A program made the position numbers and the translations under genes. The notes under the pieces are model-generated. The model saw nothing but the letters and a program-made list of their open reading frames with translations, was not told the DNA's origin and made no database searches. From Eutreptiella sp. 'Long Island Sound 2002' (taxonomy: Eukaryota > Protista > Euglenida), in the NCBI GenBank assembly GCA_964036045.1, contig OZ038378.1, positions 15,376,001 to 15,440,000 of the forward strand: 64,000 nt of DNA, given 5' to 3'. This document shows positions 50,474 through 61,610 of this stretch, in pieces. How positions within the stretch are numbered: the stretch's first letter is position 1; every line of letters starts with the position of its first letter.

Positions 50474-50666
50474 GTGATTGCATCTTGCCGCAGTACATTT
50501 GCGTCGGTGCATTTTGCTCCATTGCATTTCTGTCGCTGCACTGCCCCCGCTCCTACACACAGCCGCCCTTGCATTTGTTCACACCCCTTTGCCTTTCGTT
50601 GTGTTTGTTGGCCTGTGCCTCTTTACCGATTGCGCGTCGCCCCATTGTGTCGTTGCACTTTCGCAG

Positions 50667-51023
50667 GTTGACCGCCTCCGGGCGGAACTGCGGTCCAAAG
50701 AGATGGAGCTGCTCCGGGTTCTCGGGGAGCGCAAGCTGGTGTCGGAGGATTCGCTGCGCACCGACGCCCTCCTGCTCGAGGAGCAGAAGGCCCTCACGAT
50801 GCGCTACGCGTCCGATCTGGAGGCGGCGCGGCGGGACGTCCAGCGGCTTGAGGCGCTGGTGTATCAGATCCGGACCCAGGACGGGGCGGCGGCCGCTTCG
50901 CTGGCCGACCGAGACCAGGAGGTGCGGGCGCTCGCCGCGAAGGTACACGCGCAGGAGCAGACCATCCGGGATCTGGAGCGGGCCAAAAGGCCGAGTAGTT
51001 ATGAGACCGTCACTAAATTCTGA
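50667..51023 (+). CDS. Coiled-coil protein, last exon
   Basis: Acceptor cactttcgcAG at 50665-50666; encodes VDRLRAELRSKEMELLRVL...YETVTKF; stop TGA. The eight exons sum to 2940 nt, an intact frame. Confidence 0.8.
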   Translation, partial: VDRLRAELRSKEMELLRVLGERKLVSEDSLRTDALLLEEQKALTMRYASDLEAARRDVQRLEALVYQIRTQDGAAAASLADRDQEVRALAAKVHAQEQTIRDLERAKRPSSYETVTKF

Positions 51024-53174
51024 GCCGGCCGACTCCCCTCCGTTTCATGCACCGGCCTCGCACTTGGCCGCAGAATGCAGTGCATGGGACAGCACTTGCT
51101 GGGCAGTCGTGTGCAGACAGGCCACCGAATTTCATTGGGAATGAGCCCCAACAAATGCGCCACCGATGCCCGCTCCTGTCACACCCAGAGCTCAGTAGGA
51201 AAAAGCTGCATCCGCTGCGACCCAGTAGGACTCCCCGCCATGTGACGGCGTCTGATCTGCCGGCAAGTCTGGTTGTGTGGTGTTTGCGGCACTTGGCGCG
51301 TGGGCATGGCAGGAGCTCACAGGAAGAACCTCACGGTTGATTGAAGGCGCTTTGTGTGTGTGTCTTGATTAGGCCTTGCTAGTGTTTTATTGGATTGTGG
51401 TACGATTGCACTGTGGGGCGATGGGCTGTGGTGGTATGGTATCGTGCCCTGGGTACAGGTATGGAGAGGGTGACAAGGGGTTTGGGGCCTGGGTGTCGTA
51501 CAGCAGCGGGTGCACAAAGTGCACGCAATATTTTTGTCCGGACTATCGATGCGGGGGTGGGTGAGCGAGTGCGTGTATGTGCACCGTATGCGCTCCGTGT
51601 TCTGTGAGTCCAGGCTGTTTTTTGGGCCACGGAATGCCTTATGATCCCCACGTGGCCCTTCACAGGTCTGCTTGTGTGTCTCTTTGTGGGTGTGCAGGCA
51701 GCACTGTGTGGCTGAAAGATGCACCCATTTCAGGCTGTGGGGTGCATTGCCTCATTCTTGTTTGCTGTTGATGCGGGAAGGGTCCCGTGTTTGTCTTCTC
51801 ATCTCATACAATGACTCCCTTTGAAATAGGGTTTACCCTCACCCCCGACCCACCCACCCACCATCAGGCCGCAGGAGCATCCCCTCGGCCCGATGGCAGG
51901 GCGACGCCTGCGCGCAGGCACTCCTGGTTTGACACTGGACGCTTCGGCCTCGCAATTTCGGTTCAAGGCTTTGCGCTTTGGATCCAGCAGCTGATTTTGG
52001 CAATTTACCGATGGCCCCCGGACTGCGGCTGCGCGGTGCAGCGGTCCCCTCCTTCTAATCCCAGAGCCGCCTAGGGAAGGGGCAGTGGTCGGTAAGGAAT
52101 TCTGCGAAGCGGAGGAGGACGGTGGCGTGAGGTCGAGGCAAGCATGATACGTACCATTGGCATCCGTGGCGCTGTATTACTGCATGACGACGGCCGCATG
52201 TTTTGCCTGCATTTGCAGGCATCACCCTCCCAGTCCTCCATGGTCCTGCTGGGGCCTGCCTGTCAGAGATTCCCAGGGTTGTGTGCGTTGTTCCCGTGCC
52301 GTCCCTGCGGTGGTGCCGCAGGTCCGGTACTAAACCCCCCACCCCCCACCGTATAAGAGCACTTTTTGCGTGCTCTTATTTGGAAGACCCCCTGTGCAGT
52401 GTTTGCCCTCTCCTTTTTCAGCAATATGGCACACTTAAATGTTGTTGACCCCTCTTTTTGGTTTGATGATGCTGTGGCTGCCAGAGATGAGGATGAGGGA
52501 TTTGTGGATAATTGCTATGAGGCAGCCACAGATGCCTCAGACTCTGCTGGCAGTGTAAGTGGAGGTGACAGTGACAATGACCATGATCAACACAGCCCAC
52601 CAGAATTCTATGATGATCAACCGGCCGCACTTTATTGCCCCCCGCCCGCTTTTCCAACGGCCAGTAGCCGCTTTGTATGAGGTATTGGGACCCTACCCTA
52701 GCCTCCTTCTCATTCAAGCACGGGCATTTATATGCAGATATATACGAGATATGCGTGTACTACATTTTTGTTACCGCACTGACAGTGTTTTGGCGCAAAA
52801 ACAAAAAAAAGGCGGTATATATGTGCCAATGCATGTCTATATACATGAAAACATGAGCATGTATGTATATAGTTGCGCCAATGGACTTCGAACACGTGAT
52901 TATTGCAGCAAGTGGGGCAGTGGGAATGTTGAACCTCGCAGTTTGAGCACACTTCGAATTGTTGCTTTGGTATTTGTGCTAACACGGCATTGTCTATGGG
53001 CCGTGAACCCGTCTGACCTGTGTTTTCTGACCGACAGTTTTGTGGTGGAGAATGCAACATGCAGTTGTAGTGGGGAAGGATGGGCTGCTTTGTGTGTGAA
53101 GAGTGGGTTTGCACCCATAACAGCATCACGCTTCGAGACTGCAATCCAGTTCTGTGTTTGGATGGGGGGGGGGG

Positions 53175-53460
53175 GGGTTGGCAGAGTAGTCCCCCCACCC
53201 CGTGTCCAACGAACTCTGCCATGGGAGCGGCCCCACAATGGCACGTCCGCGGCTGCCAAGGCTCGTCAGGCCCTGTACCCACACCACACTTGTGGGAACA
53301 ATTGTTGCAGGAACTTGACCGTAAAGACCGTAATGTTGAATGGGTCAAGGTACCCTCTCATGTTCAAGTGAGTGGGAACGAAGAGGAGGACAAACTGACT
53401 GAGGAGGGACGACGCTCCAGCCCGCTCTGCTCTCAACCTACCCCAGCACTACTGCACCAT
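53175..53460 (+). mobile_element. RNase H remnant of a retroelement
   Basis: Encodes QWHVRGCQGSSGPVPTPHLWEQLLQELDRKDRNVEWVKVPSHVQVSGNEEEDKLTEEG. This matches the RNase HI C-terminal pattern W...GW..S.GPV.N.DLW..L...V.W.KV.SH...GNE.AD.LA..G, with the last motif degenerated. Confidence 0.8.
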
Positions 53461-54772
53461 TGACAGCCCCACGCCAGGGGTCAAAAGGCAGCACACCTCC
53501 CAGGATGTGGCGCTCACGCCTACAGTCTGCAAAGTTTTAACTTTAGACCTAATTGTCGCGCCTTCTATTCCCTTTTTCTCCACTGTTGAATTTCAAGCTG
53601 GACTGCAAGAGCTAGGGCTGTCGTCCATGGCGACGCCATGTGCATCTTCTCTAAGTGTCCGCTCGGTGGGTACCCAGCGTTCGTCATCTTCAGTCTCAGA
53701 ATGGGGGGCCTCCACCATGCTTCTCCCCTTGCTGCTCCACTGACTGCAGTGGGTGCAGCTCAGGGGAAGGTTCTTGCTAGCAAATTTTGGGGTTCGCTCA
53801 ACACACCACACTTCTGGACCCCTCCTCGCCCCACACCACGACCCCACGGAAACAAACCAGTATGGCTGAATGAGTGCCTAGAATCCCCCTAGCCGAGCTG
53901 TCTCCACGCTCGTGGTTGCATGTAGGCAGTTAGTATCTGGCAATTGCTGCCGCTCTCTATCGGACTTTCAACAGCCAACAGTCTCCAGGCCTATGCTGAC
54001 AGTGGAATGTACCATACCAACACCAATACACTGTCACCCAAATCACACCAATACTGTTGCAGTGGAAATGATGATTGTCCCGCAACGCACACTGTGTCCA
54101 ACAAACACTTCCGTTGAGACCATATTTTTTGAGGACCGAATGAATTAGGTACTTAATTCGGTACCAGGCTCCAGAAACGCGGTTTCAGGCTAATGGTTTG
54201 GGGAAATGAGGGGCTGTTGTGAGGTATCTTGCAGTAATTGTGGGCAAATTTGTAAAGCAGGTTGCGAGGGAATGTTGTCCCTCAACTACAGGACCTCTAT
54301 TGCCCACCATGACTGATTCTCTGCTTGCACATGGCCCCGAGGTGCTATACAAGCGGTACCACCACTTCTGCCCATGCCAAGAACAAGAAGGGCCCCAAGC
54401 CCGGGGAGCATGTTCAACTTTTCCGCATGAAGCGGGATTGCAACAAAGGCTTCTACTCTGAAAAGTGCTAATTGGAGGCCTCCATCGCATTTTGCTTTGC
54501 ATGGGCTGGGTCACTTGTGCTGAGGGATGTGTTTTTTCCGCCATTTCCCAAAATTGTCGCATGCACTGAACCACGGTGTGTCCACTGAACACTCCTGTTC
54601 GGACCGTATTTTTAAGGACAAAATTGTTCGTGGGGACAGACTGATACCGGCCTGTGGCAGAATGCCCTAAGCATGTCTTGCCCTCCCCAACGGCCTACTC
54701 TCTGTTGACCCTGACCCTGACTGGTTGCCGAACCTCGCAATTTGAGCATGATTTTGAATTGTCTTGGGTGTC

Positions 54773-54864
54773 ACACACACACACACACACACACACCCCT
54801 CCGCTGAGCGCCCACCCCTGGACCCATGCAGGCCTTCCTCTATAAAATGGCATCCCCCCCCCAA

Positions 54865-54907
<43 letters not shown>

Positions 54908-55034
54908 CCACACACAATCAAGGCTGTAGTTGGGTCCATCCCTCAGGTGTACCGCTCAACGGCTCTGCACTCGCGTGCACGGTCAAATTCCCGTTGGTAT
55001 CCTAAACGACGCACCCACGTGTTGTGGGGCTGAG

Positions 55035-55068
<34 letters not shown>
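54773..55068. repeat. Cluster of three (CA)n tracts
   Basis: Tracts at ~54773-54795, 54869-54903 and 55037-55068. Confidence 0.9.
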
Positions 55069-55070
<2 letters not shown>

Positions 55071-55400
55071 CCCGGGCTCGGCTCCGGTCCGCCAACAGCT
55101 CTGAGAGCCCCCAGTGCTGGAGCACTGGGCGGCGGCAATAGCCAGCCCCTCCATGCGCCAAGCGCACCTGGAGGTGACGGCCCCAGGCCATGGGGACGGA
55201 GTACATGTGCCAGATCCTGACTGAGTCGCTGCGGGTGTGGTTGGCCCATGCAATGGTGCAGCGCTGCTCAAAGCTCGGGCAGGGCCTCAGAGCATGCATG
55301 GGCCCTGCAGGCAGAGCGACAGGGGGTGCCCCAGGCCGCCCTGGACGGAACGTCGCCAAAACGCCATGTCTGTAAAGGGCGTGCCCCTGCACCACCATGG
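55069..55400 (+). mobile_element. Possible decayed LINE fragment directly after a (CA)n tract
   Basis: Peptide EYMCQILTESLRVWLAHAMVQRCSKLGQG resembles EYVEHLFRESLREAQLAAPEKRRPCTFGG from the LINE at ~46265-46350. Similarity judged by eye only. Confidence 0.4.
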
Positions 55401-56992
55401 GGTATGACGGCTTAGTTTAGGGTTGGGTTCAGGGCCCACCTGTCTGCCTTTTCCCGTGGGCACGACATCCCGGCCATTGCCATCCAGCGCTTTCAGCGCG
55501 CGCGCGTGCACACACACAAAGCCTCTGGCCTCGGCGAGGGGGCAGATGTGGGGGGTGGCGCCCTTTCAGCCACTGCAACTGTGCCTCACTGGCAGAAAAG
55601 GCATAGGTGCCTCCAACAAAGAACGTAACCCCATGGACCCATGCAGGCCTTCCTCTATAATGTGCCCCCCCCCTCCACCCACACACACACACGAGCAACG
55701 CAATGCAATGGGGCATTTGGCATTGTGGCACACACAGGCATGGCAAGTGCAAGCAGTTTTCGCATTCACAATATTCCGTAAGCATTGCGAAGCCCATGAC
55801 CTGCTGTAGCTCATAATTACTGCAAGGGCTTGAGCGAAGTCCATAACACTCTGCCATGGCCTCTCACCCATTTCAACAGCCCTAACAGACGAAAACAACT
55901 GCGTTCTCCGGGCCCATGACATGGTGCTTGCACAGCATGTACGGTGTCAAGTACTCCCTTGAAGAAGACCCCTGGTGTAGCATTATGTGCAACAATGCCG
56001 GCATGGTTTTGCCAAGGACAAGCGGCACTTCACCCCAGCCACCCAACGTTGCCTCTTTTCCGCAGGTCACTGCTGTCTGCAATGCAGCAGAAGCTGTTGC
56101 TGCCTTTGTGGGTGGCTGCTACTGCGATGAACTCCGTTTGAATGAGTAGTGAGTGATTAGCATTTCCGAAGGTACACCTGCTGCAGGCTCGACCCATGAT
56201 ACTGATACCCCATTCCTTTGCCAGTGCATTCCCTCTTTCATAGCTATGCATCTTCTGTTTCCGACTCAACCCCATCGACTGTTATTGAACCCCTCCTTTG
56301 AGACCCAGTGAGTGTTCAAACCCCAATTGCACCCACCGCACTGGCACGCCACCGCATGGTAGTAGCCACAATCCACTGCAATAGCACTGACCCACTACAC
56401 CCGCACTTGAGATAGGACCACATTCAGCCACTGCCTTGCATTTCCATGTCATGCATTCTTGTTATTCGTTTTGCACTCGCGAGCTAGTGTGTTGTAAACC
56501 TCTTCCATGCAGGCCCTTCAACGGAGCGAGGGCTTTCCAGCAAGTGTTTTTTGCAAGTAACTGACAAAACAACGGATAGTCTTATCTTCTGCCCTTTTTT
56601 CATCAAGACGTTCGTTCAGTAACCATTCCTCTTTTTTCCTTTTTTTGAAAGACACGTGTTGGACATGTTGTTTGGTGATAAAACAGCGGTGGATGGTGCG
56701 TGATTGACAGCATTTTGTGGTTCATTGACGTTCATTGGCAGTAGCAAGGAGGGTGTATTGGGGTGCCGAATCAATTTGATGCAAACTGATGCACACCCAC
56801 CAACACTAACACCGCAGATGAAGAGGTCTTTGCACAGAGACACACGCAAGTGGAATTTGGGGCATGCCACTATGTGCATCAGTGGTACCTGGGCTCGTGA
56901 AAAATTGAATTGAGGGGGAGCGCGGGGGGGGGGGGGGGGGCTCCACGGGCCACAAGCCTGGTTTCTCAGTCTAGGTGCCATAAAGAAGAACA

Positions 56993-57120
56993 AGGAGGAG
57001 GAGGAGGAGGAGGACAACGATGAAGGAGGAGGAGGAGGAGGAGGAGGAGGAGGAGGAGGAGGAGGAGGAGGAGGAGGAGGAGGAGGAGGAGGAGGAGGAG
57101 GAGGAGGGGGAGGAGGAGGA
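56993..57120. repeat. (GGA)n microsatellite
   Basis: Direct reading of sequence. Confidence 0.95.
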
Positions 57121-58609
57121 ACAAAGGGTTAGGGTCTAGGCAAGGCACAAAATGGAGACTGTGCATGAGAGTGCCAATTAGCCAAAAGATGGTAAGTGTG
57201 GAATACCACACATAGTTGAAGAGCACTTGTTGACATTAGTTGATGATTGTGATGGCGACGATCAAGCTTGAGGGGCTGTTGGGAGTCTTGAAAACTGCGT
57301 GATTCGGCCATCATTCGCCCGTGAAATTGCATTGTTTGCATGGGATGGGATAGTGTGGGGAAAGGTAGGGTCACAAGGCAGGCAATAAAGGCAAAAGAAA
57401 AGTGTCATCCGCCTTATATCAACAATGTTGTGAACGAACAGGTGAGGGGACCGGCAGGGGATCGGCACAGGCCTTTCATGACGTCTGTGAGATCAGGAGG
57501 CCAGGGAGTTGCCAGCTATTCGCAATCACCGGGTGATAACAGTGATTCAGGTTCTGATAGTGAGTGACCGGATTCCATGGGCGGGGGATGAGCTGACCCA
57601 AGCCAGCCCAAGAAGCATTGGGTAGTCAAGCTCGGCGATTTTAAGGCAACATTCGGTGCTGGTTTGGGGCAATGACCAGATCGCCTGTGACACTGAGGCT
57701 ATTTCAGTAGCCCAGTATCCGTTGCTTCCTGCCCCCGAAGCTGTGCCTTTTTTTTCTCACGCCACATGTGCATACCCAAAAGGGGTTACGTAGGCCCATC
57801 ACTCCTCTCCGCTCCAGAGACCTGGATACATACAGCAGGGGCTATACAGCCATTTCAGCCCTCCCTGCTCCTGAGGCCCCAAAGCGGCATGGTTTATGTA
57901 GCCATGCCACTCCTCTCCGCTCTAGAGGGTCTGTGGTAAAACTTAGTAAAAAAATTACTTACTATATTACCGAAGCCGAATATTTGTAGGCTTCGCATCC
58001 TTCGTTGCTTGTGCCAACGTGGGTGTGAACCTGAAATTTTCATGTTCCCAAGGCTTTCTTGTGTTTGCATGCCCTTGGAAATGTGGGTGGAGGTCAAGGT
58101 GCACTCATACCATGCGCATGCACACGTGTGTGCCAGTAGTTGTATGTGTTGCGCGCAAGCTACGCCCTTGTCCAAGCTACAGTGGGCGTAGGGACCGTAA
58201 TAATTCCGTACATTGGCGTAGCTTATACAAGGGGGGGGAGGGTTTACTAGATTACCAGATTAAAAATTTTTACTAAATAAATTACTCGGTTCAAAAATTT
58301 TCCACTAAGAAATTCAGTTACCCAAAAAAAAAAAATTCCCACTTCTGACTGCCACCGAGCCCACTTGTGGGCCATTTTTGATATTGTCCCCCCGCTCTGA
58401 CATCCATGCTTTATTGCATGGCCCCTTGAGTTAGGGTTAGGGACTCACAATCCACACTTTGTTGCGTGGCCCCTTGAGTTGGGGTTAGGGACTCTTAGGG
58501 GGAGCCTTAAGCGCAGTGCGCGCGCAGTGCAACTATTTGGGTGTGTGGCCGTACTAGAGACCCATACTTTGAGATACTAGGGGCCCCTAGGGGCATCATG
58601 GTGACCCGT

Positions 58610-59422
58610 AGCGGAGGTTTTGACTTCTAATTTTGTCCCCCTTTGTTGGGGACCCCCGAGAATGCAGGGGTGACATAGCATTTCCGCCCTCTTTTGGGCC
58701 CCAACCTTCTGGTGCTATTGAGGAAACCGGGACAATCTTTGAATCCACGCTTTGTCGCGTGGTGCATCATGGTGACCCCTCGCGTAGGTTTTGACTTCTA
58801 ATTTTGTTCCCTTTGTTGGGGACCCCCGAGAATGCAGGGGTGATGTAGCATTTCCGCCCTCTTTTGGGCCCCAACCTTCCGGTGCTATTGAGGAAACCGG
58901 GACAATCTTTGAATCCACGCTTTGTCGCGTGGTGCATCATGGTGACCCCTAGCGTAGGTTTTGACTTCTGATTTTGTTCCCTTTGTGGGGGACCCCCGAG
59001 AATGCAGGGGTGACGTAGCATTTCCGCCCTCTTTTGGGCCCCAACCTTCCGGTGCTATTGAGGAAACCGGGACAATCTTTGAATCCACGCTTTGTCGCGT
59101 GGTGCAACATGGTGACCCCTAGCGTAGGTTTTGACTTCTGATTTTGTTCCCTTTGTTGGGGACCCCCGAGAATGCAGGGGTGACATAGCATTTCCGCCCT
59201 CTTTTGGGCCCCAACCTTCCGGTGCTATTGAGGAAACCGGGACAATTTTTGAATCCACGCTTTGTCGCGTGGTGCATCATGGTGACCCCTAGCGTAGGTT
59301 TTGACTTCTGATTTTGTTCCCCTTTGTTGGGGACCCCCGAGAATGCAGGGGTGACATAGCATTTCCGCCCTCTTTTGGGCCCCAACCTTCCGGTGCTATT
59401 GAGGAAACCGGGACAATCCTTG
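58610..59422. repeat. 170-bp satellite, ~4.8 copies, sharing a core with the 103-bp satellite
   Basis: Period 170 (identical ORFs at 58715, 58885, 59055). Core TTCCCTTTGTTGGGGACCCCCGAGAATGCAGGGGTGACATAGCATTTCCGCCCTC. Confidence 0.95.
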
Positions 59423-59912
59423 AATCCACGCTTTGTTGCGTGGCCCCTCGAGTTGGCGTTAGGGACTGACAATCCACGCTTTGTTGCGTGGCTTCTCGAG
59501 TTGGCGTTAGGGACTCACAATCCACGCTTTGTTGTGTGGCCCCTCGAGTTGGGGTTAGGGAATCACAATCCACGCTTTGTTGTGTGGCCCCTCGAGTTGC
59601 GGTTAGGGACTCACAATCCACGCTTTGTTGCGTGGCCCTCGAGTTGGGGTTAGGGACTCGCAATCCACGCTTTTTTGCGTGGCCCCTCGAGTTGGGGTTA
59701 GGGACTCACAATCCACGCTTTGTTGCGTGGCCCCTCGAGTTGGCGTTAGGGACTCACAATCCACGCTTTTTTGCGTGGCCCCTCAAGTTGGGGTTAGGGA
59801 CTCACAATCCACGCTTTTTTGCGTGGCCCCTCGAGTTGGGGTTAGGGACTCACAATCCGCGCTTTTTTGCGTGGCCCCTCGAGTTGGGGTTAGGGACTCA
59901 CAATCCACTCTT
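59423..59912. repeat. 48-bp tandem repeat (~10 copies) containing GGGGTTAGGG; two further partial copies at 58420-58497
   Basis: Unit AATCCACGCTTTGTTGCGTGGCCCCTCGAGTTGGGGTTAGGGACTCAC starts at 59423, 59471, 59519 and 59567. Confidence 0.95.
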
Positions 59913-60228
59913 TGTTGTTTTGTCCCCAGAGAATGGCCAGGCATAGGGTTTTTGGGTCAAGTCATGGCAAATTATAGCGCATCCGGGTGCGGGCATGGCA
60001 AGGCGTAGCACATTTTGGGTCAAGGCATGGCAAGGCACAACTTTTTTTTGGGTCGACGCATATCAAGGCGTAGCACATTTGGGTCAAGGCATGGCAAGGC
60101 GTAGCATGGTTGTGTCATGGCATGGCAAGGCATAGCATGTTTGTGTCGAGGCATGGCAAGGCGCAATACTCGTGTGCATACGTTGATCTATTGTGCTTGG
60201 GTCGAGGCATAGCAAGGAGGTGGCAACA

Positions 60229-60732
60229 ATGAACAAACAAACGGAAGACAAGATCCTAGAGATGTTGCTCCATATACATGAGAAAAGCACCGGAGCTCAT
60301 CCTCTTGACCCGCAAAAAGATGGTGTTAAGTGGTGGATTAAGCGTTGTGGCGGAACTCGGTCCTCAAGGACGCAAATCAATTATATGGGTATTGATGCCT
60401 ACTCTGCCGAGGAGTTTTGGCTAAAGTATGGGCATGATGATTTACTTCCACGCGAACATTTGTTCCGCTTCTTTTCTTCCTCAGAGCACACTCCACCTCA
60501 TAGGTGTGCTCATCTCCTCTCCGGAGCAACAGGGTGCTCTGCAGAGGCTTGGTGGGCAAGTGTGCATAATGTTTGTTCTTACTTGAATGGTGTTGTCGCT
60601 GAAATTCGATGGGCGGAAAGATTGTCGGAGTGGAACCACGTCCCACACTTTCCATATTTCGTGACACACTACGTGGATAGCATGCCCATTGCGTCCATAG
60701 GAGGCATCCTTTGTGATGTGGGTGATGTGTGA
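60229..60732 (+). mobile_element. DDE transposase remnant (IS5/PIF-Harbinger/ISL2EU-like, inferred)
   Basis: Encodes YLNGVVAEIRWAERLSEWNHVPHFPYFVTHYVDSMPIASIGG (candidate first catalytic Asp in VDSMP). Homologous to the minus-strand copy at ~20.2-20.4 kb. Confidence 0.5.
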
Positions 60733-60895
60733 TTTTGGTCTCCCTACAACAGTGTCTATGTTGGTCCAAGCTCTCGGTCGCCTGACACGAGAGGACTGGT
60801 GTGGCCTGTTGCATGTCACGACCTCCCCCACCCCTAGAGCGGGTAAGGTTAACCCGGATATCCTGCTCAATGGGCTGGGGCCACAGTAGGCAGCC

Positions 60896-61610
60896 ATGTC
60901 ATCCCTCAGGATATTTGGGATCGAATTGTGCCGCACGAATTCTATGGGGGGGTTGAGGGATTTCGATGTTGAGACGCCATGGGTGGATTCGCGGGCTATC
61001 CACAAGCTGGGCGCTTCCTCGTGGGTCTCAGATGAAGTGATAGAGTTTGTGGCTGTGCTGAAGCGCCAGTGGTTGTTGTACAACCTCTGTGAGGACCTAC
61101 CCCCCACGTGCTGGCCCTTCATTATACCTAAAACTTAGGAGAAGGTCTCTTTGATCCTTAGCTGTGTTAAACAGAACAGGATGGATGGGTGTACCCCCCC
61201 CCTCATTTCTCGCTTCGGTTGTGGGAGCAGTTGAGTAAACTGCTCATCACATTCTACCCCGCGGTCCCGTTGTATGGGACCCACATTGATTTGAAAAATG
61301 CCTTCTGGAGTTTCGTCCTACCGGAGTCCGCCAGAACCCTGTTCCGCCTGCGGTCGGGTCCTAGTGGTCGGGTTGTGGGGCTGGGTAGGTTGCCGCTTGG
61401 TTGCAAGTATAGCCCCTATATTTGCCAACAGGCATTCGCGCGCCTGGTGGAGCAAGCTTTACCCCTTGACATTTTGTTGGTGCATTATTTGGATGATTTC
61501 CTTTTGGTTCATCACCATGACAGAGGGTATCTGCGCAGGCATACCGGTGGGGCTGTGTTGGATTTGGAGCAGGGGGGGGGTTCATAGTTAGCCCCAAGAG
61601 TGTGCCTCAG
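60896..61610 (+). mobile_element. Reverse transcriptase pseudogene of DIRS-like (tyrosine-recombinase retroelement) type
   Basis: Encodes WPFIIPKT*EKVSLI...N, HIDLKNAFW, RLPLGCKYSPYICQ, HYLDDFLLV, then frameshifted IVSPKS. Contains an internal stop and frameshifts. No integrase or recombinase seen in the window. Confidence 0.75.
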
